This document shows, one piece after another, positions 63,462 to 64,000 of a DNA stretch of 64,000 nucleotides. The DNA lies in NCBI GenBank assembly GCA_031253495.1, contig JAIRWC010000031.1, positions 31,077 to 95,076 of the forward strand. The letters are read 5' to 3'. The translations under genes were made by a program, and so were the position numbers. The notes under the pieces are model-generated. The model was not told where the DNA came from. It saw only the letters and a list, made by a program, of their open reading frames with translations, and did not search any database. Position 1 is the first letter of the stretch; each line of letters begins with the position of its first letter. The stretch comes from Oscillospiraceae bacterium. GTDB lineage: Bacteria > Bacillota > Clostridia > Oscillospirales > Ruminococcaceae.

Positions 63462-63465
<4 letters not shown>
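62533..63465 (+). CDS. fabK: enoyl-ACP reductase II (FMN-dependent, FabK type)
   Basis: The translation is ITYPVLQGGMAWIAEHKLASAVSNAGGAGII...GTESGGHIG...AAGGIADGRG. Confidence 0.88.

Positions 63466-64000
<535 letters not shown>

Overview
The window is a chromosomal segment of about 57-60% GC that looks like a Clostridia-type Firmicute. Supporting signs are GGAGG-type ribosome-binding sites, the remA-gmk-priA and asp23-yloV-recG-rsmE gene neighbourhoods, a FabK-type fab cluster, and efp followed by a CD1247-like gene. It is densely coding with mostly housekeeping genes. These include ispD (fragment), remA, gmk, priA, valS, two phosphofructokinase paralogs, proB, proC, ispE, recG, rsmE, efp, a SecA-like ATPase, mnmE and scpA. 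They also include aroE, aroK, fabD/H/K/G, glgP, a GH13 amylase-family enzyme, apgM, a TIGR03960-like radical SAM protein, tRNA-Thr(CGU) and tRNA-Gly(CCC).

The non-routine content is as follows:
1. A modular locus at 3.26-5.21 kb, where unrelated small secreted-protein genes are framed by duplicated 5' and 3' sequence modules.
2. A low-GC two-gene islet beside tRNA-Thr, containing a two-transmembrane-helix protein and a 34-nt triplicated repeat.
3. A low-GC type II restriction-modification pair inserted exactly between glgP and the GH13 gene.
4. A ferredoxin / [FeFe]-hydrogenase-like / MCP-signalling fusion protein, which is a putative redox or H2 sensor.
5. A degenerate ProB paralog that carries the PUA domain, located immediately upstream of a PUA-less proB.
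6. A translationally coupled operon on the minus strand: membrane protein, 728-aa Cys/Pro-rich orphan, patatin, radical SAM, apgM.
7. Several GC-rich minisatellites, long homopolymer tracts and a 24-nt tandem duplication at a gene junction.

I saw no CRISPR array, rRNA, integrase or transposase. Every functional call comes from motif recognition in the supplied translations, and no database search was possible.
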